Source of the DNA: Gemmatimonadota bacterium
GTDB taxonomy: Bacteria; Gemmatimonadota; Gemmatimonadetes; Palauibacterales; Palauibacteraceae
NCBI GenBank assembly: GCA_039588215.1
Contig: JBDHAD010000002.1
Coordinates: 2,036 to 66,035 of the forward strand
Direction of reading: 5' to 3'
Length of the DNA: 64,000 nt
Within the stretch, counting starts at the first letter, position 1. Every line of letters starts with the position of its first letter. The notes below the pieces were generated by a model. That model was not told where the DNA came from and did no database searches. It worked only from the letters and a program-made list of their open reading frames with translations. This document shows positions 37,735 through 46,557 of this stretch, piece after piece. Both the position numbers and the translations under genes were made by a program.

Positions 37735-40257
37735 ATGCGCCGGTCGCCCTTTAACCCCATGTGGCCGAATGAGGTCCGATTGTCGCGACTCGACTCGAAG
37801 TCACTGACCGCGTTGCTTGCGGGGTTGTGCCCTGACCCCTCGGGCGTGCTCGGGGCCTACCGGCTGGAGCCACCGGACGCGGAAGAAGCCGCAGAAGACA
37901 GGTCTTCGCGCCTACCCGCGACCGTCGTGCGGGTGTTCCTCCCTCGTGCTCGTTCCGTGACGTTGCTGTGGATCTCGGCCGAGGCCGGTGACGCCCAGGA
38001 ATCGGCCGGGATCCAAAGTGCCCTAGGGCCCAGGAACCGAACGGGATCGGGACGTGGAGACCCGACTCCCGCAAAGCGCGCGAACGCGTCGGAAAGCGCG
38101 AGGCACATGGAGCGCGTTCACCCCGAGGGTGTCTTCGAGCTGGAGCTGGAGGAGCCGCCTCCCAGGAGCTACCGCATTCGGGTGAGCTGGGAGGGTGGGG
38201 GAGAAAGCGACGTGGATGACCCGTACCGGTTCCTGCCTTCGCTCGAGCCGGCGCAGTTGGCCGCGTTCGGGAAGGGCGAGGAATCCAGGCTACACGGTTT
38301 GCTGGGGGCACATGCGGAGACGCGTGACGAGGTGCGTGGCACTCGCTTCCGAGTGTGGGCGCCGGCAGCCCGGGCGGTGAATCTCATGGGCTCGTTCAAC
38401 GGGTGGGAGGCGCGGACGCACCCGATGTACCCGGTCGGTTCCAGCGGGGTGTGGGAGTTGTTCGTGCCTGGAGTCGGGGAAGGGGCCCGATACAAGTACC
38501 AGATTCGGCCCACGGCCGCGGTCGCGAGATCGATAGCCGAGGAACGGACGGCGGGTGTCAGGCAATCGGAGGCCAGAGGGAGGGCTCGTCGTTCGAAGAC
38601 GACCCGGGCCGCCAGGACGGAGGAGAGACGGCCACTGGCCCTTGAAAAGTCGGACCCGTTCGGATTCGATCACGAAGTCCGGCCGCGCTCCGCATCCGTG
38701 GTATGCGATCTAGATGGTCACTCATGGAGTGATGAGACCTGGCTCGAGCGGCGCCTCAACGACACCGGGAGCCACGCTCCGGTCTCGATCTACGAGGTCC
38801 ACCTCGGTTCCTGGCGTCGGCGAGAAGATGGCGAGTGGCCCGGCTACCGGGACTTGGCGCGGGACCTCCTCCCGTACGTGAAGGAGCTGGGCTTCACGCA
38901 CCTGGAGCTTCTCCCGATCACGGAGCATCCGCACGATCCGAGCTGGGGGTATCAGGCGCTCGGGTATTTCGCCCCCACGTCGAGGTACGGCTCCCCCGAG
39001 GACTTTAAGGCGTTCGTGGATGCCGCACACGGGCTCGGGCTGGGCGTGATTCTGGATTGGGTGCCCGCCCACTTTCCGCTAGACGCCCATGGACTCAGCC
39101 GCTTCGATGGCACGCATCTGTACGACCATCCGGACCCGATGCGTGGCATCCACCCGGACTGGGGGACGGCGATCTTCGACTACGGCAAGCCGGAAGTCGT
39201 GTCGTTCCTCATTTCGAGCGCCCGGTTCTGGCTCGAGGAGTACCACCTGGACGGGCTCCGCGTGGATGCCGTCGCATCCATGCTCTATCTGGACTACTCG
39301 CGCGAGAAAGGGGAGTGGCTCCCGAACGAGTTGGGGGGACGGGAGAACCTGGAGGCGGTGGCGTTTCTCCGCCGGCTGACAGATGCGATTCACGACGCGT
39401 TCCCGGACGCGCTGTTGTTCGCCGAGGAGAGCACGGCATGGCCACGCGTCTCGGGACCGACGGGGGAGGGGGGGCTCGGATTCGACATGAAGTGGAACAT
39501 GGGGTGGATGAACGACACCCTGAGTTATTTCGAGGCGGATCCGTTCGTCCGCCATGCGGCGCACGAGAAGCTCACGTTCTCGATCCACTACGCCCACAAC
39601 GAGCAATATCTACTTCCCCTCTCACACGACGAAGTAGTCCACCTGAAGCACTCGCTCCTCTCGAAGATGCCCGGAGGGTACGAAGAGAAGTTCGCCAATC
39701 TTCGGGCCCTGTTCGCCTACATGTGGGCGCACCCCGGCAAGAAGCTCCTGTTCATGGGTGGCGAGCTGGGTCAGTGGTCCGAGTGGGACGAGAACGCGGA
39801 GCTGGACTGGAGCCTGCTGAACTTTCCGCAACACCGTGGCATCCAGCGCTTCGTACAGGTTCTGAACCGGCTGTACACGGAGGAACCCGCGCTGCACGCG
39901 TTGGACTTCTCGTCTGACGGCTTCGAGTGGATCGACGTGCACGACAGCGCCCGCAGCGTCGTCGCCTTCGTGCGCTGGAGTCAGGAATGGGAGGACTTCG
40001 TGCTGGTGGTGGCGAACTTCTCAGGTACCCGATGGCGCGATTATCGGCTGGGGGCACCGTCGCCGGGTGAATACGTGGCGATACTCGATAGCGACTCGCC
40101 GGAGTTCCTCGGGCGCTCGGACCCGGTGGCCTTGCCGCGCTTCACTGCCCGGGAGGAGGAGTGGCAAGGGCGCTTGGCCTCGCTGACCCTGGATCTGGCC
40201 CCCCTCTCCTGCCTGTACCTGAAGCGCGCGAGTGACACCGACCCCTCTGCGCCGTAG
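37735..40257 (+). CDS. glgB: 1,4-alpha-glucan branching enzyme (GH13_9) with unusual N-terminal-region insertions
   Basis: GH13 regions DWVPAHF, GLRVDAVASM, FAEEST, LSHDEVVH. Start candidates are ATG 37714, 37735 and 37759. The ORF-track start at 37504 would overlap divergent glgA. Confidence 0.9.
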   Translation: MRRSPFNPMWPNEVRLSRLDSKSLTALLAGLCPDPSGVLGAYRLEPPDAEEAAEDRSSRLPATVVRVFLPRARSVTLLWISAEAGDAQESAGIQSALGPRNRTGSGRGDPTPAKRANASESARHMERVHPEGVFELELEEPPPRSYRIRVSWEGGGESDVDDPYRFLPSLEPAQLAAFGKGEESRLHGLLGAHAETRDEVRGTRFRVWAPAARAVNLMGSFNGWEARTHPMYPVGSSGVWELFVPGVGEGARYKYQIRPTAAVARSIAEERTAGVRQSEARGRARRSKTTRAARTEERRPLALEKSDPFGFDHEVRPRSASVVCDLDGHSWSDETWLERRLNDTGSHAPVSIYEVHLGSWRRREDGEWPGYRDLARDLLPYVKELGFTHLELLPITEHPHDPSWGYQALGYFAPTSRYGSPEDFKAFVDAAHGLGLGVILDWVPAHFPLDAHGLSRFDGTHLYDHPDPMRGIHPDWGTAIFDYGKPEVVSFLISSARFWLEEYHLDGLRVDAVASMLYLDYSREKGEWLPNELGGRENLEAVAFLRRLTDAIHDAFPDALLFAEESTAWPRVSGPTGEGGLGFDMKWNMGWMNDTLSYFEADPFVRHAAHEKLTFSIHYAHNEQYLLPLSHDEVVHLKHSLLSKMPGGYEEKFANLRALFAYMWAHPGKKLLFMGGELGQWSEWDENAELDWSLLNFPQHRGIQRFVQVLNRLYTEEPALHALDFSSDGFEWIDVHDSARSVVAFVRWSQEWEDFVLVVANFSGTRWRDYRLGAPSPGEYVAILDSDSPEFLGRSDPVALPRFTAREEEWQGRLASLTLDLAPLSCLYLKRASDTDPSAP

Positions 40258-40317
40258 CGGGCCAGCTCATACCGCAGCGCGCTTACCACTCTCCGGCGCC
40301 CGACCTCGATGGCGGGG

Positions 40318-41535
40318 CTACCCCGCGTACAATTGGAGTCGCGTCGAAAACAGATCGGCGATCTCGGTGAGCGTCTGGAGGTCGGGGTGCCGCAGGAAGA
40401 CCATCCCGTCGGAGATGAGGGTGGCTTGCCAGTTCCTCCGGGGCGCGCCGATCGGCAACAAATCCAGCTCACACACGTTTGAGCCGTACTCCTGCATGAG
40501 GGGTGCGAGCCCCTCGATCCGCTGGATGTGACCTCGCCCTTGCGCGCGCTTCACGACCCAGCACGCGTTGTACTTTCGCTCGACGGGTTGCGACCAGCGC
40601 TTGTGGACCACGGCCTCGGCCCAACCCCGGTACGTGTCCAGATCGGAGGCGTAATTGATCAGGTCCACGGTTCGCACGCCCGGCGGCCGGGCCGCGATCT
40701 CGCCGAACACGGCCTCCCCGTCCGGCTTCCTGTACCACTCCATGTGTGTATAACCGGTTCGGAAGCCCAACGCCTGCAACACGGCGAACCCCATCTCCCG
40801 GCCCGAGCGCAGTTCCTCGGCTTCCACGTCGCGTAGCGCGAAGGTCTGCGGACTGATCCACTCGTTCTCCTTGGCGATCAGCGCGCGGGGGTCGTAGCGA
40901 CAGATGTTGTGGTGCTGCACCTGGCCGTCGATGCATATCGTGTCGAACGTCATGTCGTCGCCCTCGACGAACTCCTCGACGCTGACCTGAGGGACGTGGC
41001 GCAGCGCCGGAAGTACGCTCTCCAATTCCTCCTGGGAGTCGATTCGATACGTATCGGCTGAGCCGGCGCCGGCGATCGGCTTCACGATCAGAGGGAACCC
41101 GATTCGCTCGGCTGCGGCTCGGCACTCCACCACGGTCGTCGCCCGGGCATGGTGGGGAGTGCGGATGCCCGCGGCGTCCAGGACCTGCTTCATGATCTCC
41201 TTGTCACGGAAGGGAATCGTCTCCGCCACGGTCATCCCCGGCAGATTGAGCATCTCGCGCATCCGCCCCGCCAAGATCATGTAGGGCTCCCATAGGCATT
41301 CGACTCGATCGATCGGACGGTGCCTCGCGTACTCCCGGACCTGGGTAAGGATGGCATCCTCGTCTACGAGCGACCGCACCTGGATGTGGTCGGCGAGGCC
41401 GTCGCGAGCCGCCTCGGGCAGGGCGGCGGCCGGCTGGTCTCCGAGTCCGATCACTTCCGCGCCGACCTCGGCCAGCGCGCGAGTGAAATACTGCATCTCT
41501 GCCGGATAACCGGGTGAGATCATGAGGATGTTCAT
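40318..41535 (-). CDS. ATP-grasp ligase, paralogue A1 (stand-alone carboxylate-amine ligase-like)
   Basis: 405 aa. GFPLIVKPIAGAGSADTY, VSVEEFVEGDD, THMEWYRK..GEAVFGEIAARPPG, DLDTYRGWAEAV. Clearly paralogous to A2 and A3. Confidence 0.85.
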   Translation of the reverse strand: MNILMISPGYPAEMQYFTRALAEVGAEVIGLGDQPAAALPEAARDGLADHIQVRSLVDEDAILTQVREYARHRPIDRVECLWEPYMILAGRMREMLNLPGMTVAETIPFRDKEIMKQVLDAAGIRTPHHARATTVVECRAAAERIGFPLIVKPIAGAGSADTYRIDSQEELESVLPALRHVPQVSVEEFVEGDDMTFDTICIDGQVQHHNICRYDPRALIAKENEWISPQTFALRDVEAEELRSGREMGFAVLQALGFRTGYTHMEWYRKPDGEAVFGEIAARPPGVRTVDLINYASDLDTYRGWAEAVVHKRWSQPVERKYNACWVVKRAQGRGHIQRIEGLAPLMQEYGSNVCELDLLPIGAPRRNWQATLISDGMVFLRHPDLQTLTEIADLFSTRLQLYAG

Positions 41536-41597
41536 CGCGTCTGTCTATGCTCCCAATATGTTGGTATACAGGGCTTTGTATGCATGAATCTCGTGTT

Positions 41598-42818
41598 TTA
41601 CTCTAACTCGATGCGTATACGGGTGACGATGCGTTGGAGCGCGTCCTCGACGACGCGGGTCTCCGCATGTCTCACGATGATGTAGCCCTCACCCTCGTAG
41701 GTTCCCGAGGGCGGCTGTCCCGGGTGGGGCAGCTTCGCCTCGACCACGAGCGGGCCGAGCTCGCGGCGGAGCTCCTCCACGCCGTGGACTCGCGCGACCC
41801 GTCCCCGTCCCTGACCCCGCAGATAGGCGGCCCCGGCGGCGTACGGTCGCGGGCGTGGCTCGAACTCCTCCCGGATCATTAGCCGTGCCCAGGCCGCGTA
41901 CAGATCGAAATCATGCGCCCAGGAGATCAGGGTCGTGAACTGTGCGCCCGGAGGGCGCGCGCCGACCTCCGAGATCGCGACGGAGCCGTCCGGCCGAAGA
42001 AACCACTCCATATGGCTCAGACCCGTGCCCAGGCCCAGTGCGGCGAGCGCGCCACCGGCCACCCGCCGGATCTCTTCATAGCGGGGCGAGTCGACCTCTC
42101 GGGGCAGCAGCACGCACCACTGGATCCAGGGCTCACGCAACACCTCCAGCGGGGACGGTGCGTAGTGGTTGATGGAGTGCCACACGATCCTCCCGCCCAG
42201 GCTGATGCTATCGAAGGAGTGTTCCTCTCCCGTCACGAATTCCTCGACGAGCGTGGGTCGTTCGGCGGACGGGCGGTGCGTCTCGAGGCTCGCTCTGAGT
42301 TGCTCCATCGTTTCGACCCGGAACGTCCCGCGGGCACCGGAACCGGCCGGTGGTTTGACCACGAGGGGGAAACCGACGTCAGCCGCGAAGCTCTCGGCGT
42401 CCTGTCTGGATCCGGCCAGTACATGTCGAGCACACGGAAGGCCGGCACGCCGCAGCACGTCTTTCATCCGAGACTTGTCGCGGAAGTTACGCCCGGTCTC
42501 GGCCCCCATCCCTGGAATCCCGAAGCGATCGCGTAACTCGCCGAGCGGTACCTGAAGCTCCTCGAGCGCCCCGAGCAAGCGGTCCACCTCGCCCAGCTCT
42601 CCCTGCATGCGGACGAGAGCGTCATGAATCGTATCCGGGTCGAGAGCATCCCGGACCTGCGCGTGGCTGGCCAGTGCACCGCGGAGCTCGGCAGGCAGCT
42701 TCTCCGCGGGATCCTGACTGATCAGGCCCAGCCGAGCGCCTGGGGTCGACGCGGCCGCGCTCACGAAGCGCAGCGTGGTAGGCAGGAAGAACGGTGCGAC
42801 GAAGACGACGTTTGGCAT
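41598..42818 (-). CDS. ATP-grasp ligase, paralogue A2
   Basis: Start moved to ATG 42818 (MPNVVFVAPFF, collinear with the A1 and A3 N-termini). GFPLVVKPPAGSGARGTF, LVEEFVTGEE, SHMEWFLRPDGSVAISEVGARPPG, DFDLYAAWARL. The ORF-track 702-aa version extends antisense into A3. Confidence 0.85.
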   Translation of the reverse strand: MPNVVFVAPFFLPTTLRFVSAAASTPGARLGLISQDPAEKLPAELRGALASHAQVRDALDPDTIHDALVRMQGELGEVDRLLGALEELQVPLGELRDRFGIPGMGAETGRNFRDKSRMKDVLRRAGLPCARHVLAGSRQDAESFAADVGFPLVVKPPAGSGARGTFRVETMEQLRASLETHRPSAERPTLVEEFVTGEEHSFDSISLGGRIVWHSINHYAPSPLEVLREPWIQWCVLLPREVDSPRYEEIRRVAGGALAALGLGTGLSHMEWFLRPDGSVAISEVGARPPGAQFTTLISWAHDFDLYAAWARLMIREEFEPRPRPYAAGAAYLRGQGRGRVARVHGVEELRRELGPLVVEAKLPHPGQPPSGTYEGEGYIIVRHAETRVVEDALQRIVTRIRIELE

Positions 42819-43061
42819 GGCCTCGGGATCAGTTCTTGCGCCCAGTGTGAATCCGGCACCCGCGGGAACCGGTATGTGGAACCCGCGGGCGCGGGGTGCC
42901 GCCGGGGAGGGCCGGTTCGTCGACGTCGTGCCGACGCCACACGGCGCCCCCTGGCGTTCGAGCACGCCCACGCTACAATGGACAGCCCTGAAAATGAAGG
43001 AGGCGGCGTGGCGGGCGGGCTGTGGAGGCGACCCACCCACGGCGCAGAGGTGTTCAAAACG

Positions 43062-44285
43062 ATGCATGTTGTCTTCATAGAGCCGCGGTTTCCCGACAAC
43101 CAAAAGGACTTCGTCCGTGGGCTGCGTGAGGTCGGCGCGGAGGTGTCGGCGATCGGCGAGGCGCCGGTAAGCGCACTCGGCGAGGAGCTGCGCGGATGGC
43201 TGACGCGCTACGAACAGGTCCGCTCGGTGTGCGACGAGGACGACCTCATGCGCGTCGTGCGCTGGATTCAGGACCAGAGGTGGGTGGACCGGCTGGAGGC
43301 CACGGTCGAGGCTCACATTCTCCCGACGGCTCGCGTGCGAAAGGCGTGCGGGATTCCCGGAACGTCGGTACGCACGGCATACCTTTGCCGCGACAAGCCG
43401 GCCATGAAAGACGTGTTGAGGCGCGCGGGGATCCCGTGCGCTCAGTCGCTCGGAAGTGGCTCGGTCGAGGAGATACAGGCATTCGCGAGCGAGGTAGGCT
43501 ATCCGCTCGTCGTGAAGCCGCGCGCCGGAGCAGGCGCGTCGGGCACGTACCGCGTCGATGATGATGAGCAGCTCCGGGGTGTCCTGTCGCAGGTCGGCGT
43601 GGGGCGTGGGGCGGACGTGGCCGTGGAAGAGTTCATCGAAGGACACGAGGCGTTCTACGACACGGTCTCGATCGGTGGTCAGGTCGTCCACGACTTCATT
43701 ACGCACTACTACCCGAACGTCCTGGAGGCGATGAGGACGCGCTGGATCTCACCGCAGTTCATCGCTACCAACAGGATCGACAGCGCCGAGGGATACGGGG
43801 CAGTACGCGAGATGGGGCGCAAGGTGATCGAAGCGCTCGGGGTCGAGACGTCCGCGACTCACATGGAGTGGTTCTTCGGTGAGAGAGGCCTGAAGTTCTC
43901 CGAGATCGGGTGCCGGCCCCCAGGCGTGAGGGCCTGGGACTTGTACTGCGCCGCGAACGACATCGACCTGTACCGCGAGTGGGCGATGGCCGTCACCTAC
44001 GATCGGCCCGACCAGAGACCGTCCCGGCGCTTCTCGGCCGGGATCATCACGCTTCGGCCGGATCGGGACGGGCGCATCATGCGGTACGAGGGGCTGGACC
44101 AGATCGAGCAACGCTTCGGCGAGTGGATTATCGATATGCATGTGCCGCCGCCTGGCACTCCCACGCAGCCGGTCGAGGCCGGATACATGGCCAATGCTTG
44201 GATCCGAATGCGCCACCCCGACTACGACGCCCTCCGCGCCATGCTCGGCACGGTCGGAGAGACCGTACAGGTGCGGGCCGAGTGA
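43062..44285 (+). CDS. ATP-grasp ligase, paralogue A3
   Basis: MHVVFIEPRF is collinear with A1 and A2. GYPLVVKPRAGAGASGTY, AVEEFIEGHE, THMEWFFGERGLKFSEIGCRPPG, DIDLYREWAMAV. An alternative in-frame GTG at 43008 lies 4 nt after AAGGAGG. Confidence 0.85.
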   Translation: MHVVFIEPRFPDNQKDFVRGLREVGAEVSAIGEAPVSALGEELRGWLTRYEQVRSVCDEDDLMRVVRWIQDQRWVDRLEATVEAHILPTARVRKACGIPGTSVRTAYLCRDKPAMKDVLRRAGIPCAQSLGSGSVEEIQAFASEVGYPLVVKPRAGAGASGTYRVDDDEQLRGVLSQVGVGRGADVAVEEFIEGHEAFYDTVSIGGQVVHDFITHYYPNVLEAMRTRWISPQFIATNRIDSAEGYGAVREMGRKVIEALGVETSATHMEWFFGERGLKFSEIGCRPPGVRAWDLYCAANDIDLYREWAMAVTYDRPDQRPSRRFSAGIITLRPDRDGRIMRYEGLDQIEQRFGEWIIDMHVPPPGTPTQPVEAGYMANAWIRMRHPDYDALRAMLGTVGETVQVRAE

Positions 44286-45310
44286 GCCTGGGGCGCCGCG
44301 CCCTCCGCGTGATCCTCCTGGGTCCCCAGACGCCGGTCGCGACGGTGGGCGCCGTACATGCCGACCTCGTGAAGGACGGCACTCTGGGGGCCGGAGATGT
44401 GGTGCCGACGATCACCGCGGGCTGGCAGGAACGGGAAACGGAGGATGCGGAGCTCGACCTCGAGCTGGGCGGACGCTCCCGAAACCTGCGACTCTACGAG
44501 CGTGCGTACGAGGTGATCGAGGAGGACCCGGAGCTCGCCCGGGCGCACCGGGCGATCCAGGACCGGCTCAAGCTCTTGCGCCGCGCCTACAATCTGAGGC
44601 TCCGTCATCTGATCGAAGCCTGGCGGGAGATTGGACGGCTCGATGGGGACGCCGAGTTGGTCTCAGCGGAGCGGGCCGCGGCTCTCGAATCGATCCGGTC
44701 TTTGGATGGGCGACATCTCGAAAGGCTTGGTGAGTTGCGGACGGAGTTCGATCGCGTCCACTCGCCGCAGACGCGGAGATCCGTGCGGAGTCAACGCGAC
44801 GAGATCGTCGACGTACTCGAGGATGCTCCCGTCGTCGCGATCGCGGGCGGGCATATCGCCACCCTCCTGAACCGACTCCGCCTGTTCGGCCTGCGTGAAG
44901 CTGTGGCGGACAAGACGCTGGTAGCGTGGTCCGCGGGGGCGATGGTGATGGGGTCTCGCATCGTGCTGTTTCACGATCGACCGCCACAGGGACCCGGCAA
45001 TGCCGAGGCGTTCGAGAACGGGCTCGAGCTGTACCCGGACCTGATCCCGTTCCCGCACGCGTCACGACGCCTCCGTCTGGACGACCCCGTCCGCACCGGA
45101 CTCCTCGCGGGCCGCTTCGCGCCGAGCGCGTGCGCGCTCCTGGAGCCGGAGACACGCCTCGAGTGGGGTTCTGACGGGTGGCGAGCGGTCTCTGCCGGAG
45201 ACCGACTGACCCGTGACGGTGACCGCGTATCGTTGGATGGCTGGGGGAACGACGAGTCAAGAACGCGCGTGGCGAGGCGCGGCAGCTCCAAGCGAAGGGT
45301 GCGAGGGTGA
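44282..45310 (+). CDS. Peptidase-S51-like (type-1 glutamine-amidotransferase-like fold) protein with long helical insertion
   Basis: GTG 44282 overlaps the A3 stop (GTGA). VVAIAGGHIATLLNRLRLFGLREAV..KTLVAWSAGAMVMG matches the S51 pattern GG(N/H)...LL......G........G.SAGA. About 130 aa of Arg/Glu/Leu-rich helical sequence lie between the first strand (RVILLGPQ) and this block. Confidence 0.65.
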   Translation: MSLGRRALRVILLGPQTPVATVGAVHADLVKDGTLGAGDVVPTITAGWQERETEDAELDLELGGRSRNLRLYERAYEVIEEDPELARAHRAIQDRLKLLRRAYNLRLRHLIEAWREIGRLDGDAELVSAERAAALESIRSLDGRHLERLGELRTEFDRVHSPQTRRSVRSQRDEIVDVLEDAPVVAIAGGHIATLLNRLRLFGLREAVADKTLVAWSAGAMVMGSRIVLFHDRPPQGPGNAEAFENGLELYPDLIPFPHASRRLRLDDPVRTGLLAGRFAPSACALLEPETRLEWGSDGWRAVSAGDRLTRDGDRVSLDGWGNDESRTRVARRGSSKRRVRG

Positions 45311-46512
45311 ACGGCGAGGCTCGTGAGTGGTTCTTGAGCCCCACCCTCGGCCACGGCTCCGAGGAGCCGATGCCCGATTCGCCGACCATCCAGGAACTCG
45401 CGCAGGCGGACGAGCTGGATGCGGGTCGGATCGACGCATTCCTGGAAGGGCACGCTTTTCCCATCGCCGAGCCACCCAACTACACGTTCGTATACCGTGG
45501 TTCCGCCGATGCGGTGCATCTCCGTCACTGGATCTACGGGCTGCCGGCATCTCAACCCTTCCGGCGTCTGGGGCGGTCAGACCTTTGGTATCGAACCGTC
45601 GAGCTGCCCGACGACTCCCGGGTGGAGTACAAGCTCGAGATCCGAGGGGGCGGGCATGTGCGGTGGATCGAGGACCCGTTGAACCCCCACAGTGCCCGGG
45701 ATCCATTTGGCGCGAACTCGGTGGTGACCGCGCGGGGGTATGAGGTTCCGGAGTGGACTCGATTCGATCCCGACGCCAGACCGGGCACTCTGGAGGAACG
45801 CACGGTGGACAGCCGCGAGCTCGGTGAAACGCGGCGCGTCAGCGTGTACCTGCCCGCCCGCTTCCGGGTGCAACGGCGCTACCCGCTCCTCGTGGTCCAT
45901 GACGGTGGGGACTACCTGGAGTACGCGAGCCTGCGGACCGTGTTGGACAACCTGATCCACCGTCTCGAGATTCCGTCGGTGCTCGCTGCGCTCGTACACC
46001 CCGGAGCGCGCATGCGGGAGTACGCTGCCCTCGAAGCCCACTCGCGGTTTCTTTCGCGCGAGTTAGTCCCGGCGCTGGAAGCGGAGTTCCCGCTGCTCGG
46101 CACACCGGAGGGCAGAGGCATCCTCGGAGCGAGTCTCGGTGCCGTCGCCTCGCTCGCCGCCGCGACGCACGAGCCGAAGTTCTGGGGAAAGCTCCTGCTT
46201 CAATCGGGCTCGTTCGCGTTCACGGATATCGGCGATAACCCCCGCGGCCCCGTCTTCGACCCGATAGTCGAGTTCATGAACCATTACCGGTCGAAGCCCG
46301 CGGCCGTGGCGGGGCAGGTCTTCATGACGGCCGGCGTGTACGAGTCGCTGGTGTACGAGAACCGCTCACTGGTTCCCGTCTTGAGATCGACCGGCATGCA
46401 GGTCCGGTACGTCGAAGCGCGAGACGGTCACAACTGGGAGAACTGGCGTGACCGCCTCCGCGAAGGGCTCTCCTGGCTATTCCCCGGACCCCTATGGATG
46501 GTGTACGAGTGA
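45307..46512 (+). CDS. Esterase-family serine hydrolase (PF00756-like) with N-terminal beta-sandwich domain
   Basis: GTG 45307 overlaps the upstream stop (GTGA). ATG 45370 is an alternative start. PLLVVHDGGDY, nucleophile elbow ILGASLGAVASL, RDGHNWENW (His). The N-terminal YTFVYRG..VHLRHW......LWYRTVELPDDSRVEYKLEI resembles the Ig/E-set domain of enterochelin-esterase-like proteins. Confidence 0.8.
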   Translation: MNGEAREWFLSPTLGHGSEEPMPDSPTIQELAQADELDAGRIDAFLEGHAFPIAEPPNYTFVYRGSADAVHLRHWIYGLPASQPFRRLGRSDLWYRTVELPDDSRVEYKLEIRGGGHVRWIEDPLNPHSARDPFGANSVVTARGYEVPEWTRFDPDARPGTLEERTVDSRELGETRRVSVYLPARFRVQRRYPLLVVHDGGDYLEYASLRTVLDNLIHRLEIPSVLAALVHPGARMREYAALEAHSRFLSRELVPALEAEFPLLGTPEGRGILGASLGAVASLAAATHEPKFWGKLLLQSGSFAFTDIGDNPRGPVFDPIVEFMNHYRSKPAAVAGQVFMTAGVYESLVYENRSLVPVLRSTGMQVRYVEARDGHNWENWRDRLREGLSWLFPGPLWMVYE

Positions 46513-46557
46513 GTCGAGACGAACTGCACGCACGGGCCCATCCGAGAGGTCTCATCC

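Noticed and set aside
42994-43080. A 28-codon Cys-containing ORF (MKEAAWRAGCGGDPPTAQRCSKRCMLSS) between the divergent ATP-grasp genes, considered as a possible RiPP/graspetide precursor.
   Set aside because: There is no SD before its ATG. It overlaps the A3 start in another frame. It lacks the Thr/Ser plus Asp/Glu-rich core expected for ATP-grasp-modified peptides. The A1-A3 enzymes are larger than, and do not resemble, the microviridin-type ligases I know. I kept it only as a possible leader ORF.
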